Part shown: positions 18,362 through 28,951 of the stretch, piece after piece
Numbering within the stretch: position 1 is the stretch's first letter
Layout: each line of letters begins with the position of its first letter
Notes under the pieces: model-generated
Told to the model about the DNA's origin: nothing
Seen by the model: the letters and a program-made list of their open reading frames with translations, nothing else
The model's database searches: none
Translations under genes and position numbers: made by a program
Source of the DNA: Limnochordia bacterium
GTDB taxonomy: Bacteria; Bacillota; Limnochordia; DTU080
NCBI GenBank assembly: GCA_050951545.1
Contig: JBMNJG010000005.1
Span: forward strand, 128,001-192,000
DNA: 64,000 nt
Reading direction: 5' to 3'

Positions 18362-19312
18362 GTGAGAACGAACCGAAACGCACTGTTGGTACCATCCATC
18401 TGTTTATTAACCCTGCTTCTTCTGATCGGATCGTGTGCAGCATTGGCTGCAGAAGTGGCTGTTACCGAAACAACCACGCAAGTGCAGGTCGGTCGTGACA
18501 TCGTTATCCCAGCAGACACGGTTGCGGCAGGCGATGTCGTTGCCGTCTTGGGCAGCATTGACATCCTCGGCGAGGTGCATGGCAACGCCGTCGCCGTCGG
18601 GGGAAGCATTAGCGTCAATGGCCCCGTAAAAGGTGATGTCGTCAGCGTAGGTGGCATGGTGCGTCTGGGTGCTGACGCCGTTGTGGACGGAGAGGTGACG
18701 GCCATAGGTGGCGGAGTTGACCGCAACCGGGCCGCCCGCGTCTCTGGTACCATAAACAGCATCGGCATCGGTGAGGTCTTTCGACACCCCCGCCTACGCC
18801 TAAACCTGGGCCGCTGGCGTTGGTGGTCACCGTATGCCGCTGTCAGCTACCTTCTGTATGTGTTGGGCCTCTACGCCTTGGCATTACTCGTCATAGCGCT
18901 CGTACCTTCCCATGTAGCGAGTGTGAGCAGGGCCATCGAGATCGAGTGGCGTCGCGCCCTGTTTTTGGGCCTGATGGCACTGCTGCTGATCGGCCCAGTT
19001 ACGATCGTCGTAGCTATCACCATCATCGGCATCCCACTGGCCCTTCTTATCTGGCTCGGCTTCATTCTGGCCAAGATACTGGGCTACGCGGCCTTTGTCT
19101 CTTATCTGGGAAGCAGAATAGCTGGGAGCGAAAGAAACCTTCATCGACTGGCCCAACTCGCTATCGGCGTGGCTGTCCTGGCCCTTGTACGCTACGTGCC
19201 TCTTCTAGGACCCGTTGCTAGCTTCTTTGTAACCTTAGTCACCCTTGGCGCAGTGCTCGATACCCGATTCGGCACCAACCGCCCCTGGTTGCCGCCTCGT
19301 CAGACTGAGTAG
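18362..19312 (+). CDS. Secreted beta-helix (bactofilin/polymer-forming-like) domain + multi-TM membrane protein
   Basis: Signal peptide, repeats of G.V.GDV..VGG, then TM region with ITIIGIPL. Confidence 0.75.
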   Translation: MRTNRNALLVPSICLLTLLLLIGSCAALAAEVAVTETTTQVQVGRDIVIPADTVAAGDVVAVLGSIDILGEVHGNAVAVGGSISVNGPVKGDVVSVGGMVRLGADAVVDGEVTAIGGGVDRNRAARVSGTINSIGIGEVFRHPRLRLNLGRWRWWSPYAAVSYLLYVLGLYALALLVIALVPSHVASVSRAIEIEWRRALFLGLMALLLIGPVTIVVAITIIGIPLALLIWLGFILAKILGYAAFVSYLGSRIAGSERNLHRLAQLAIGVAVLALVRYVPLLGPVASFFVTLVTLGAVLDTRFGTNRPWLPPRQTE

Positions 19313-19318
19313 CACGCG

Positions 19319-19735
19319 ATGCGCTGGCAACGCAGACTCAGAAGGCTGCATCTGCAATCGTTCCGCTTCAAAGGCGGCAAGCTACTTCACATAGGCCTTG
19401 AGCCGGATGAAGGGATCCAAGCGCTAGGGCGGGATTTTGTCTCTATTCGGCGTGAAGACCGGCTTTACGTGATTCCCTACAGAGCGCTTCTTTTGGCGCG
19501 CGGGACTCTTCGGGTCAATCCCAATCCAAGCGTGTCCATTACCCTGCGACAGCAACTCGTACAGTGGATAGACCCAAAGAGCAGTCTCTGGCACTACTTC
19601 ATCTCCCGACGCGGCAGACTTTTGAGAGGCGCTGTGATGGCCGTAAGCCAAAGGGGCGTATGGATTCGCGGACCCGAACACCTTCATCTGCTTCGGTGGC
19701 GAATTCTCGGGGCTGCAGTTGAGATACTGGAATAG
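19319..19735 (+). CDS. Hypothetical basic protein
   Basis: 138-aa ORF tightly following the previous gene; no recognised motif. Confidence 0.5.
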   Translation: MRWQRRLRRLHLQSFRFKGGKLLHIGLEPDEGIQALGRDFVSIRREDRLYVIPYRALLLARGTLRVNPNPSVSITLRQQLVQWIDPKSSLWHYFISRRGRLLRGAVMAVSQRGVWIRGPEHLHLLRWRILGAAVEILE

Positions 19736-19753
19736 ATAGACGTGGGTCTGGGG

Positions 19754-20449
19754 CTACTTGGCCTCCACCGAGTCAGCCTCCAAGCTCTTGTGCAACTGAT
19801 ACGCCAAGGACATGAGACTATCACTGAGGTGGACATGCTCTAGAAGCACTGCAGGCGGTACCTGTAGGCGGCGAGGAGCGAAGTTCCACAGGGCGCGGAC
19901 ACCATTGCTCACCAAGACGTCAGCCACTTCCTGTGCAGCACCTGCAGGCACGGTTAGCACCCCTATATCGATCCTGTGGCACTGCAAGTAGCCTGCCAGG
20001 TCAGCAATGGGCATCACCTCAATGCCTGCCACTCTGCTTCCCACGACACTTCGATCGACATCGAAAATGGCCACGATATGAAACCCGCGCCGCCGAAAAC
20101 CCTCATAGGCCGCAAGCGCTTGACCCAGATGCCCCGCTCCTACCAACACCAACTTGTGCTTCTGCGTAAGTCCCAGAATGACGGTAATGATCTGGAAGAG
20201 CTCGTCTACTCGGTAACCGTAGCCGTGATGACCGAAACTACCAAAATGGCTCAGGTCTTGTCGCAGCTGCGACGCTGTAACACCCATATGTGCACTAAGG
20301 TCTGCTGATGAGATCCGTTCTACACCGCTCATAATCAGTCCATGCAAAAATCGGTAGTACATTGGCAACCGCTGAGCAACGCGGGTGGGTACCGTGGTAT
20401 TCTTTCTGATCTCAGGCATTTCGTCTCGCTTCGTATCGCCCCCGCCCAT
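19754..20449 (-). CDS. rex: Redox-sensing transcriptional repressor Rex (canonical type)
   Basis: RLPMYYR, RQDLSHFG.FG..GYGY, VGAGHLG, WNFAP; SD AAGGAGG. Confidence 0.95.
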   Translation of the reverse strand: MGGGDTKRDEMPEIRKNTTVPTRVAQRLPMYYRFLHGLIMSGVERISSADLSAHMGVTASQLRQDLSHFGSFGHHGYGYRVDELFQIITVILGLTQKHKLVLVGAGHLGQALAAYEGFRRRGFHIVAIFDVDRSVVGSRVAGIEVMPIADLAGYLQCHRIDIGVLTVPAGAAQEVADVLVSNGVRALWNFAPRRLQVPPAVLLEHVHLSDSLMSLAYQLHKSLEADSVEAK

Positions 20450-20484
20450 GTGCCTACCTCCTTGATTGATGACACCACGCTCTG

Positions 20485-21282
20485 CTACGTTCGAAGCCCA
20501 CAGGCCCTGCGCAGCAGCTGGCGCAGATCCTCGAGTGTCCCCGTGAGATCAGGAACCAACTCGGTCTGAGAAGGAGCAGAGGAAGGTTCGAGCTGCAGTA
20601 ACGGTTCCTCGATAGCATGAGCAGTGACTCGCTCCGCCTCTATTTCCTCCTCCGTCATAGCCGGACGCTCACCCGTCACCAAGAACGTCTTCATACCCAC
20701 GAGCTGCGCGGATAAATCGTTTGCAGGGTCATTGCCTACCATTAAGCAGGCACTGGCCTTCAATCCCAGATGCTGTGCGATCTCGGCGAAATACCCCGGC
20801 TGGGGTTTGCTGTAGTGCATGTTTTCAAGACTCGTCACAAGATCCCACGCTATGTCCTCAAGCCCGCCCCAGGCCAAGCGCTGCTGAATGGCGCTCTTGG
20901 GAAACACCGAATTGGTGGCCAAAACTACGCGCAAACCCAGATCAGCAGCCTCTTGTACAACCTCGCGAGCCCCTCGAGCAGGTCGAGCGAACCGACCCAA
21001 GCGAGCGTACTCCCCAGCGTAGTAATCCGCGAAGATGGACATGTCTGCAGGTAGATCCAGGGCTGTGAAAAAGTGATCAGCAAAGCGATCAATAACCAGC
21101 TGTTCACCATCATCAGCACCCATAAGATGCAGCGTCGAATCCACGATCTGCCGCCGAACGTGTTCTGGTGACAACGCAGTGGGAAAGCACTCTGCCACGT
21201 CCCTGAAGTACGTTCTCATGAGCCTCGCGTTGTCTGCTATAATCAGCGTGTCATCCAAGTCGAACAGCACGGCTTGCCACAT
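20485..21282 (-). CDS. HAD-superfamily hydrolase
   Basis: FDLDDTL, LATN, SKP, MVGND...D; ATG 21282 after GGAGG. Confidence 0.9.
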   Translation of the reverse strand: MWQAVLFDLDDTLIIADNARLMRTYFRDVAECFPTALSPEHVRRQIVDSTLHLMGADDGEQLVIDRFADHFFTALDLPADMSIFADYYAGEYARLGRFARPARGAREVVQEAADLGLRVVLATNSVFPKSAIQQRLAWGGLEDIAWDLVTSLENMHYSKPQPGYFAEIAQHLGLKASACLMVGNDPANDLSAQLVGMKTFLVTGERPAMTEEEIEAERVTAHAIEEPLLQLEPSSAPSQTELVPDLTGTLEDLRQLLRRACGLRT

Positions 21283-21372
21283 TACACACGAACCTCCACA
21301 TTTCGCTTTCGAGAGCTCTCTATAGATTGGTGCGGCTAGCTTTCGAGCCAGCCGCACCAACACAAACCAACA

Positions 21373-22713
21373 CTACAGGAGTGCATACGGTTCTGGAAGG
21401 GCGCCCTTGTGCGATGGATCAAACCACAGCAACAGGTCCTTCTCAGCTTCCCACAGCTCCTCAAACATCTCGCGTATCTTGCCTAACGGCAGTATGGCCG
21501 CAGTGAGCGGATCGAGAGCGCAGGCATGGAACGCCGCCTCCCGGTCGCGTTCGAGCACGGCCTTGACTGCCAGCTCTTGCACCGCCACGTTTGAACGGTT
21601 TAGCGCAGCCAGTTGCGGAGGCAGGTCGCCGACGTAACACGGATGTACCCCTCTGCTATCAGTCATACAGGGCACTTCCACACAACAGCCCTGCGGCAGG
21701 TTCGTAATCAGGCCAGTGTTCATCACGTTGCCGTTAAAGGAGAAGGGCACGTTAGTCAACACTGCCTCCATGATGGCACTGGTATACTCGCGTGAGCGCC
21801 TCAACTCGCCCACGGGCAGATTCTCGTCGCCTGTCACGCCAGTGTCCCTCATCCAAGCGCGCACAGAGGGAGGCCCATCGGGCACCTCCCTCAGCGTCAG
21901 ACCAAACTCCGCCATCTCCTCTGCTGTTTTGCGAAAGTAGGGCATATACTCGGAGTCGTGTGGACTGCTCTCCGTAGGGAAATACCCGAAATGCTTCATG
22001 ATCTCAAATCGCACTTTCTCTTTTGCCAGCAGCTCGGGCTGCTCCATGGCCTTCCAGATCAGCGGGTAAAGATCGTCGTTGCCTCGTCTAAACTCCAGGA
22101 ACCAAGCGAGATGGTTGATCCCAGCACACCAGTAGGAGACCTCTTCGTAGGGCACTCCGATAGCGCGAGAGAGCATCATGGCGGTGCCCTGCACGCCATG
22201 GCACAAGCCTACATTGCGCACACCCGAATCAACCGAATGCAGCCACGTAAGCATCGCCATGGGATTCGTATGATTCAACACGAGTGCTTCAGGGCAGAGT
22301 TCCTCGATGTCACGGTAGAATTGGTGTTGCACAGGTCCGGTCCGCAGGAAGCGAAACACCGCTCCCACGCTTGTTGTATCAGCAACAGACTGTTCGATGC
22401 CGTACTTACGCGGAATCTCGATCTCGGCCTTGTAGGGATGGCCGTAGTAGGCCCCCCCGCCGACAGAGATGGACGTGATCACGAAATCGGCACCGGGCAA
22501 TAGCTCCCGGCGATCCGTGCTGGCAACGACTTTGGTCGGTAGGTTGTAGCGCTCTGCCGTTCGCTGCACATAACTTCGAACTTTCTCCAGTCTGCCCGCA
22601 TGGACGTCGCATAGACAGATAGTAGCGTCTTGAAGGACCTCCCGAGACATGATATCAATCGACAGCCTACCGCCAAAACCGCTTCCCGCACCGATGATCA
22701 CAACTTTGGTCAA
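21373..22713 (-). CDS. melA: GH4 alpha-galactosidase/alpha-glucosidase
   Basis: IIGAGS, TNPM, GLCHGVQ, AGINH, TESS.H.SEY, CVEVPC. Confidence 0.88.
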   Translation of the reverse strand: MTKVVIIGAGSGFGGRLSIDIMSREVLQDATICLCDVHAGRLEKVRSYVQRTAERYNLPTKVVASTDRRELLPGADFVITSISVGGGAYYGHPYKAEIEIPRKYGIEQSVADTTSVGAVFRFLRTGPVQHQFYRDIEELCPEALVLNHTNPMAMLTWLHSVDSGVRNVGLCHGVQGTAMMLSRAIGVPYEEVSYWCAGINHLAWFLEFRRGNDDLYPLIWKAMEQPELLAKEKVRFEIMKHFGYFPTESSPHDSEYMPYFRKTAEEMAEFGLTLREVPDGPPSVRAWMRDTGVTGDENLPVGELRRSREYTSAIMEAVLTNVPFSFNGNVMNTGLITNLPQGCCVEVPCMTDSRGVHPCYVGDLPPQLAALNRSNVAVQELAVKAVLERDREAAFHACALDPLTAAILPLGKIREMFEELWEAEKDLLLWFDPSHKGALPEPYALL

Positions 22714-22769
22714 CTGGATCCCCCATTTCCCTGGTGCCTGTTCCGCCTAGGGTGTATCTAGTGGTTATG

Positions 22770-23873
22770 CTAGACTGGAAGAACGGTGGATCTTGACTTC
22801 TCAACTACCTCGGCCGCACTGACCTCGCGGCCCAGAGCTTGAGACATGTAGATTCCTTCACTGATTTGGGCTACTTTCAGTGCCAGTGCAGCGGTGGGCA
22901 GAAGCGGCACACGGCCTCGCAAGGCGGCTACCCAATGGTGCTGAGAACTATCGTATGAGTCGTAATCAGCGGTCCAGCGATGCCAGCGGTAGTCTGCGCC
23001 GTTTACGTCAACCTGTGCAGAGACCTCGATGTCTGCTTGTGTGGTGAAGTAGGTCAAAGGATTGAGTTTCAGACCGCCTTTGGCACCCAGAATCTTGCTA
23101 GACTCAGAATCCTCGTAATGGATGGCCCAGCTCTCCTCAATAGCCAGGCTGATACCCCCTGCCAGACGAGCAAAACCGACCCCTAGCTCCTCCACACTGT
23201 AGCCAGCGCGGCGAGCGGGCTCCTCGTACATATCAATCTCCTGGTGTGTAGCCCCGGTTACGGTCTCCACATCCGGATTGCCAAGCAGATCCAGTACCTG
23301 AGCGAGGTGGTAGACTCCCATGTCAAAAAGTGCCCCGCCTCCAGATTCCGCCCTCTGCACAAATGGAGGCGTACCATAGCCATCCACATACACCCGACCA
23401 CGGCGACGGAAACCATGCGAACGCGCATAGTATATCTTGCCCAGCAGACCCTCCTGGATCATCCGCTTGGCTGCCTTGTGCTCCTTGCTGTATAGGGTGC
23501 TCAGCTGAATGTGCAGCATCCTATCAGTGCGTTTGGCCGCTTCCATCATGGCCCTAGCATCATAGTAGGAGCCAGCCATAGGTTTCTCGCAGTAGACGTG
23601 CTTGCCTGCCTCTAACGCGGCGATAGTGATGGGAGCGTGCTTGTTGTTGTGGACACATACGTCGACTGCCTGTACATCATCCATGGCCAAAATGCGCCGA
23701 AAGTCTGTGAATACATTAGGAATACCGTTTGCCGCCGCCACTCGCTGCGCCTCAGGAGCATCGATATCGGCTACCGCCACTACGTTAACCCCTGGTATCC
23801 CAGCGTAATTCCTGATGTGAGACTTACCGATCATCCCCGTACCTACCACGCCAATACGGACCTCATCTGTCAT
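22770..23873 (-). CDS. Gfo/Idh/MocA family oxidoreductase
   Basis: GTGMIG, GKHVYCEKP, GGALFDMGVYH. Confidence 0.92.
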   Translation of the reverse strand: MTDEVRIGVVGTGMIGKSHIRNYAGIPGVNVVAVADIDAPEAQRVAAANGIPNVFTDFRRILAMDDVQAVDVCVHNNKHAPITIAALEAGKHVYCEKPMAGSYYDARAMMEAAKRTDRMLHIQLSTLYSKEHKAAKRMIQEGLLGKIYYARSHGFRRRGRVYVDGYGTPPFVQRAESGGGALFDMGVYHLAQVLDLLGNPDVETVTGATHQEIDMYEEPARRAGYSVEELGVGFARLAGGISLAIEESWAIHYEDSESSKILGAKGGLKLNPLTYFTTQADIEVSAQVDVNGADYRWHRWTADYDSYDSSQHHWVAALRGRVPLLPTAALALKVAQISEGIYMSQALGREVSAAEVVEKSRSTVLPV

Positions 23874-24156
23874 GGGTTTTGTTCCCCCTCCGCTTTGAGA
23901 TAGCTCAACAGCCTGATGCCTTCATCACATCCACTCGTGTGGGCCAGTCTACGTTGTCATTCGACTGAACAGTGCTGGATCCTTGACATTTCCCTTTCGT
24001 GCATGGCGGATCTTGCCTGACCGCAAAGGTTTTCGGTATGAAGTGGCGCATGTATAAAGTAGCAGTAGCAAGCTCTGGTCACATACGGCGAACACTGAGA
24101 GTGGCCGTCCAAGGCCACCAACATGCCCGCACAGCGTAACTTTTCTGGGGAGGTCG

Positions 24157-25950
24157 ATGCTGGTGACGAATACGTTTGGACTCATCGGAAGCCTGCCTAA
24201 GGTGGGCATCCGCCCGACCATTGACGGGCGAAGGCAAGGTGTACGCGAATCGCTCGAACAGCAAACCATGGGTATGGCTCAATCAGTTGCTCAGCTTATC
24301 TCCAGCAGCCTTCACTATCCGGACGGTACGCCGGTACAATGTGTCATAGCCGATACGTGCATTGGTGGCGTAGCCGAAGCCGCACTATGTGAGAACAAAT
24401 TCCAGCGCACAGGCGTAGGCCTTTCGATCACCGTTACCCCCTGTTGGTGCTACGGTACAGAGACCATTGATATGGACCCACTACGGCCCAAAGCCATCTG
24501 GGGCTTTAATGGCACCGAACGACCAGGTGCAGTCTACTTGGCCGCCGCGCTGGCTGGTCACAACCAGAAAGGCCTACCCGCCTTTTCGATCTACGGCCGT
24601 GATGTCCAAGATGCTGACGACCCGCAGATCCCTGGCGATGTCGTTGATAAGCTTCTGCTCTTCACCAAGGCTGGACTAGCCACAGCGATCATGCGAGGCA
24701 AGTCGTATCTTTCCATTGGCAGCGTCTCCATGGGGATAGCGGGCTCGATGGTAGATGACAGCTTCTTCTACGAGTACCTGGGCATGCGTAACGAGTATGT
24801 CGACATGACGGAGCTGAAGAGACGCCTAGACCGTCAGATCTACGACAAGCAGGAGTTTGAGAAGGCCCTGAGCTGGGTGAAACGCCACTGCAAAGAGGGG
24901 CCTGACCGCAACTCCGCTGCTTCCATGCGCACGCGCGAGCAAAAGGACGAAGACTGGCAGACGTCTGTCAAGATGGCCTTGATTGCTCGAGACCTTATGG
25001 TAGGCAGTCCACGGCTAGCTGAACTCGGTTTCGTTGAAGAGAGCATGGGGCACAACGCTATCGCTGCAGGGTTCCAAGGGCAACGGCAGTGGACGGATCA
25101 CCTGCCGAACGGTGATTTCATGGAAGCCATCTTGAACTCGTCGTTCGACTGGAATGGCATACGAAGGCCTTTCATTCTAGCCACGGAGAATGACTCCCTA
25201 AACGGTGCAGCCATGCTATTTGGCTACTTGCTCACCAACACGGCTCAGATTTTCTGCGACGTGCGCACCTACTGGAGTCCGCAGGCTGTAGAAAGAGTCA
25301 CTGGCGAGCGTCTGACTGGCCTCGCCGCAGGCGGTATCATCCATCTCACCAACTCTGGGGCCGCCGCTCTCGATGGCACTGGTGAACAGCAACTAGATGG
25401 GCAACCCGTTATTAAGCCATTCTGGCAGATCACTGAGCAGGAAATGGAGGCCTGTTTGCAGGCGACGACATGGGGCCCCGCCGTGACCGAGTACTTCCGG
25501 GGAGGTGGCTTCAGCTCCACGTTCACGACCCGCGGCGGCATGCCCATGACGATGTCCCGAGTAAACATCGTCAGAGGTCTCGGACCTGTGTTGCAGATTG
25601 CTGAAGGATACAGCGTGAATCTACCGGACCGCGTCCACGACACCCTCTATCAACGAACTGATCCCAGCTGGCCGACCACTTGGTTTGCCCCCAGGGTAGA
25701 CGGGAAACACGCTTTCCGTGATGTCTATAGCATGATGAGCAACTGGGGCGCCAATCATTGCGCTCTCTCCTATGGGCACATCGGCCCAGAGCTCATTACC
25801 CTCGCCTCACTGCTACGCATACCGGTCTCCATGCACAATGTGGATGACCAACGGATCTTTCGGCCCTCCGCCTGGGCTGCGTTTGGCACGCGAGATCTCG
25901 AAGGCGCAGACTATCGTGCCTGTGCCAGCTTGGGTCCTTTGTACGGATAA
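24157..25950 (+). CDS. fucI: L-fucose/D-arabinose isomerase
   Basis: [48 protein letters not shown]. Confidence 0.97.
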   Translation: MLVTNTFGLIGSLPKVGIRPTIDGRRQGVRESLEQQTMGMAQSVAQLISSSLHYPDGTPVQCVIADTCIGGVAEAALCENKFQRTGVGLSITVTPCWCYGTETIDMDPLRPKAIWGFNGTERPGAVYLAAALAGHNQKGLPAFSIYGRDVQDADDPQIPGDVVDKLLLFTKAGLATAIMRGKSYLSIGSVSMGIAGSMVDDSFFYEYLGMRNEYVDMTELKRRLDRQIYDKQEFEKALSWVKRHCKEGPDRNSAASMRTREQKDEDWQTSVKMALIARDLMVGSPRLAELGFVEESMGHNAIAAGFQGQRQWTDHLPNGDFMEAILNSSFDWNGIRRPFILATENDSLNGAAMLFGYLLTNTAQIFCDVRTYWSPQAVERVTGERLTGLAAGGIIHLTNSGAAALDGTGEQQLDGQPVIKPFWQITEQEMEACLQATTWGPAVTEYFRGGGFSSTFTTRGGMPMTMSRVNIVRGLGPVLQIAEGYSVNLPDRVHDTLYQRTDPSWPTTWFAPRVDGKHAFRDVYSMMSNWGANHCALSYGHIGPELITLASLLRIPVSMHNVDDQRIFRPSAWAAFGTRDLEGADYRACASLGPLYG

Positions 25951-26049
25951 CGCGGGCGATGGTTTGGCGAAATCCCGTCGCAATGGAAGGAATCCCCGGA
26001 TAGGCGACTAATACTACGTTGTGAAGCAAAATACTGAAAGGGGCGTTGG

Positions 26050-26709
26050 GTGATGAAACGGTTGACCAGGGTAGTTGCAGCATTGAGCCTCGCACTGTGT
26101 CTGGTTTTAGCTTTGGGTGCCTTTGCTGCAGCGGCGAATCTCGAGATGACGGTTCCAAAGGTAAAGAAGGCTCCGGCGATCGACGGCAAGCTTAGCGATG
26201 CAGCCTGGCTCGAGGCCAGCATCAAGGGCGGTAAGACGGTAGTAGACCTTGACAACAATGGGATCATGCTGACAGAGTATCCTCGCATTGCCTACATCTG
26301 CTACGACGACACGGCTCTCTACATCGCTTTCAGGATTTTCGCGCCGGACGTGAACAAGCTCATGACCACGGCGGGCAGCGTCTGGTCCAACGATGAGGTC
26401 GAGATCTTCCTAGAGCCAAACAAGAAGGGCGCCTACACACAGTGGGGAATCGACGCGGGCGGCGTGCTCGATAGCAGCGACGCCTCGAAGAAGATTGAGC
26501 ATGCCATTTCCAAATCTGGTATCATCTGGAACGTGGAGACGGCCATCCCCTGGAAGACCGTTGGCGTCACGCCTAAGGTCGGCGACAAGTGGGGGCTCAA
26601 CTTCTGCGGACACCAGATTGCTGCTGGCGCAGTTTGGGTTTGTTGGAACTGCACCTTTGGTGGCTTCCACAATCCCGGTGGGTTTGGCACAATCGTTTTC
26701 GGCGACTGA
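26050..26709 (+). CDS. Secreted CBM9-like/DOMON sugar-binding domain protein (paralog 1)
   Basis: Signal peptide; APAIDGKLSDAAW, YDDTALY, NDEVEIFL, VETAIPW, FHNP..FG. Confidence 0.8.
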   Translation: MMKRLTRVVAALSLALCLVLALGAFAAAANLEMTVPKVKKAPAIDGKLSDAAWLEASIKGGKTVVDLDNNGIMLTEYPRIAYICYDDTALYIAFRIFAPDVNKLMTTAGSVWSNDEVEIFLEPNKKGAYTQWGIDAGGVLDSSDASKKIEHAISKSGIIWNVETAIPWKTVGVTPKVGDKWGLNFCGHQIAAGAVWVCWNCTFGGFHNPGGFGTIVFGD

Positions 26710-26762
26710 TCCTCCAGCACATAGGCAGATGAACGCACTTTTTCGGTAGTTCCCGGAAACCC

Positions 26763-26798
26763 CGTGGTGCCTCGACGAAAGAAGGTCGAGGCACCACG
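26763..26798. repeat. Perfect 14-bp inverted repeat between the two CBM9-like genes
   Basis: CGTGGTGCCTCGAC-GAAAGAAG-GTCGAGGCACCACG. Confidence 0.8.
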
Positions 26799-26880
26799 TT
26801 ACCTGGATTTACAGGCAGGAAAACTCTAGCACGTGAAGAACTTGCCATCGCAGTTCAAAATAGGAGAGGGGCGTTTCGTT

Positions 26881-27522
26881 GTGAAGAGATCAACAGTAGT
26901 GCTTCTCGTCTTGACGTTAGCTCTGGCCTTCAGTGCCATTGCTTCCGCTGCCACACCCAATCTCGAACTGGTCATCCCAAAGGCGAAGGCGGCTCCAAAG
27001 ATTGACGGCAAGTTGAACGACGCTGCTTGGCTCAATGCCAGCATCAACGGCGGTAAGGTAGTCATCGACGTTGATAACACGGGTTCATGGATCGTAGACT
27101 ATCCCCGCGTAGGCTACCTGACCTACGATGCCGACGCCCTGTATGTCGCTTTTAGGATCTTTGCCCCCGATGTCACCAAGCTGCTGACCACCGATCCCAG
27201 CTGGTGGAACAATGATGAGATCGAGATCTTCCTCGATCCCAATCAGAAGGGCTTGGCTACGCAGTTTGGCGTTACCGCTGGCGGTCAGACCAACAGCGAT
27301 GCGATCAAAGCGGCCATCGATAAGTCCGGCATCCGTTGGACGGTGGAGGTAGCCATTCCCTGGGGCGCTGTCAACGCCAAGGCTCCCGCAGTCGGCGACA
27401 AGTGGGGCCTGAACCTCACTGGTCACCAGATCGCGGCGGGTACGTCATGGGTAGCCTGGAACACCACCTATGGTGCATTCAACAATCCAAGCAAGTTCGG
27501 TGTCGTCACCTTCGGTAACTAA
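26881..27522 (+). CDS. Secreted CBM9-like/DOMON sugar-binding domain protein (paralog 2)
   Basis: GTG 26881 after GGAGAGGGG; colinear with paralog 1 (APKIDGKLNDAAW, VGDKWGLN..GHQIAAG). Confidence 0.8.
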   Translation: MKRSTVVLLVLTLALAFSAIASAATPNLELVIPKAKAAPKIDGKLNDAAWLNASINGGKVVIDVDNTGSWIVDYPRVGYLTYDADALYVAFRIFAPDVTKLLTTDPSWWNNDEIEIFLDPNQKGLATQFGVTAGGQTNSDAIKAAIDKSGIRWTVEVAIPWGAVNAKAPAVGDKWGLNLTGHQIAAGTSWVAWNTTYGAFNNPSKFGVVTFGN

Positions 27523-27667
27523 GAGACGTAGAGTAAGAGCCTGCTCTCGGGGCGCCCCGGGCATCATGCCCGAGGCGCCTTGCCTTACCACAGCAGGAAA
27601 ATCCACCTCCCGAGAGTAATATTGCGTGAAGGAACGCAGTGAGCACTCTGATGAGAGGGAAGACGTG

Positions 27668-28948
27668 ATGTGTAGAGCAACCGCAAAACCCCACATGAAG
27701 CTCATCTGCACGGGCCTCCTGCTGCTAGCCGCTCTGGTGGTGCTCCCGGCGTCACGGGTTTTCTCCACTTCAGCCCCTCCTGTTTATGTCCGTGTACGTC
27801 TCACAAGTACCTTTCCAGTGCAGCTGAAACCGAATGTGCCGTCTACTTTGTTACTCGATAATAGCGAAATCGAGACCGCACCAGGAGAAGAGATTGTCGT
27901 TACCTGCACCTCGTCAGGGCTAGAGGTTTTTTTCCAGGGCAAGGTCATCCCAGTCAGATGGATGACCCTCAAGCCCCAATCAATGCCTCCTGCTAACCAG
28001 CCAGCACTGGCTCATGGCGTAAGGATCAACGGCGGTCATCTCTATCGCGGGGCCATGGAAGCCCTCACGTACAACGGCCAACCGCTGCTTATTAACGTAG
28101 TCCCGATGAATGACTACCTTTACGGAGTTCTAGGCGCCGAGATGCCCTTGAGTTGGCCTACGGAAGCTCTCAAGGCACAGGCTGTAGCGTCTCGCACCTA
28201 CGCGCTCTACCATACCTTCTACCGCGGCCCCAATGATCCCACGCCCTGGGACGTCGGCGATACCCAAGACTCCCAGGTCTACTGCGGCACCAGTAAAGAG
28301 AGCCCCAGGGCATACGAGGCGGTACGACTCACTGACCGGGAGGTGCTCGTCTACAACGGGCCTGATCCCAACTACCAGGGCAAACTGATCGACGCTGTCT
28401 TTCACTCCACCAGCCCCGGGCGCACGTTCAATGCCGAGGATGTATGGTCTTCGTACCGCCCCTACCTACGCGCTCGCGACGATGCGCTCTTCTCTCAGGT
28501 CTCCCCCCGCTTCTCTTGGGGTCGGGAGTTTGTCATCTCCATCTCAGCCTTAGCTTCGTGTCTCGGCATGAGCCAGATTACGCTGTTGACCCCAGTGTTC
28601 AGTGGAGACGATGCTCACCGTTACACCGCTAGTGGTGATGGAACGGTGAAAACCTTCACGAAAGAACAGCTACGCAAGTGGTTTAACCTGCCCAGCCCAG
28701 CCTTCGAGCTGAAGACCATTAACGGCCAGCCCATCGACGGACCCACACCACCGGGGGAGAAACTCGCGGCTGTCGCGGGAAAAGGATATGGTCATGGCGT
28801 GGGCCTGTCGCAGTACGGCGCCAAAGCGATGGCGGATGCTGGCTGGTCCTACAAGAGGATTCTCACCTACTACTATACCGACGTGCAAGTGATACCCTAC
28901 CGGTTGTGGGGGATGCGCTTGCCCAAGGATCACCCTGGCCGAGAGTGA
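27668..28948 (+). CDS. SpoIID/LytB domain protein
   Basis: YRG, YLYGVLGAEM, EALKAQAVASRTYA, SQVY, GYGHGVGLSQYGA; exact start uncertain. Confidence 0.92.
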   Translation: MCRATAKPHMKLICTGLLLLAALVVLPASRVFSTSAPPVYVRVRLTSTFPVQLKPNVPSTLLLDNSEIETAPGEEIVVTCTSSGLEVFFQGKVIPVRWMTLKPQSMPPANQPALAHGVRINGGHLYRGAMEALTYNGQPLLINVVPMNDYLYGVLGAEMPLSWPTEALKAQAVASRTYALYHTFYRGPNDPTPWDVGDTQDSQVYCGTSKESPRAYEAVRLTDREVLVYNGPDPNYQGKLIDAVFHSTSPGRTFNAEDVWSSYRPYLRARDDALFSQVSPRFSWGREFVISISALASCLGMSQITLLTPVFSGDDAHRYTASGDGTVKTFTKEQLRKWFNLPSPAFELKTINGQPIDGPTPPGEKLAAVAGKGYGHGVGLSQYGAKAMADAGWSYKRILTYYYTDVQVIPYRLWGMRLPKDHPGRE

Positions 28949-28951
28949 CCC

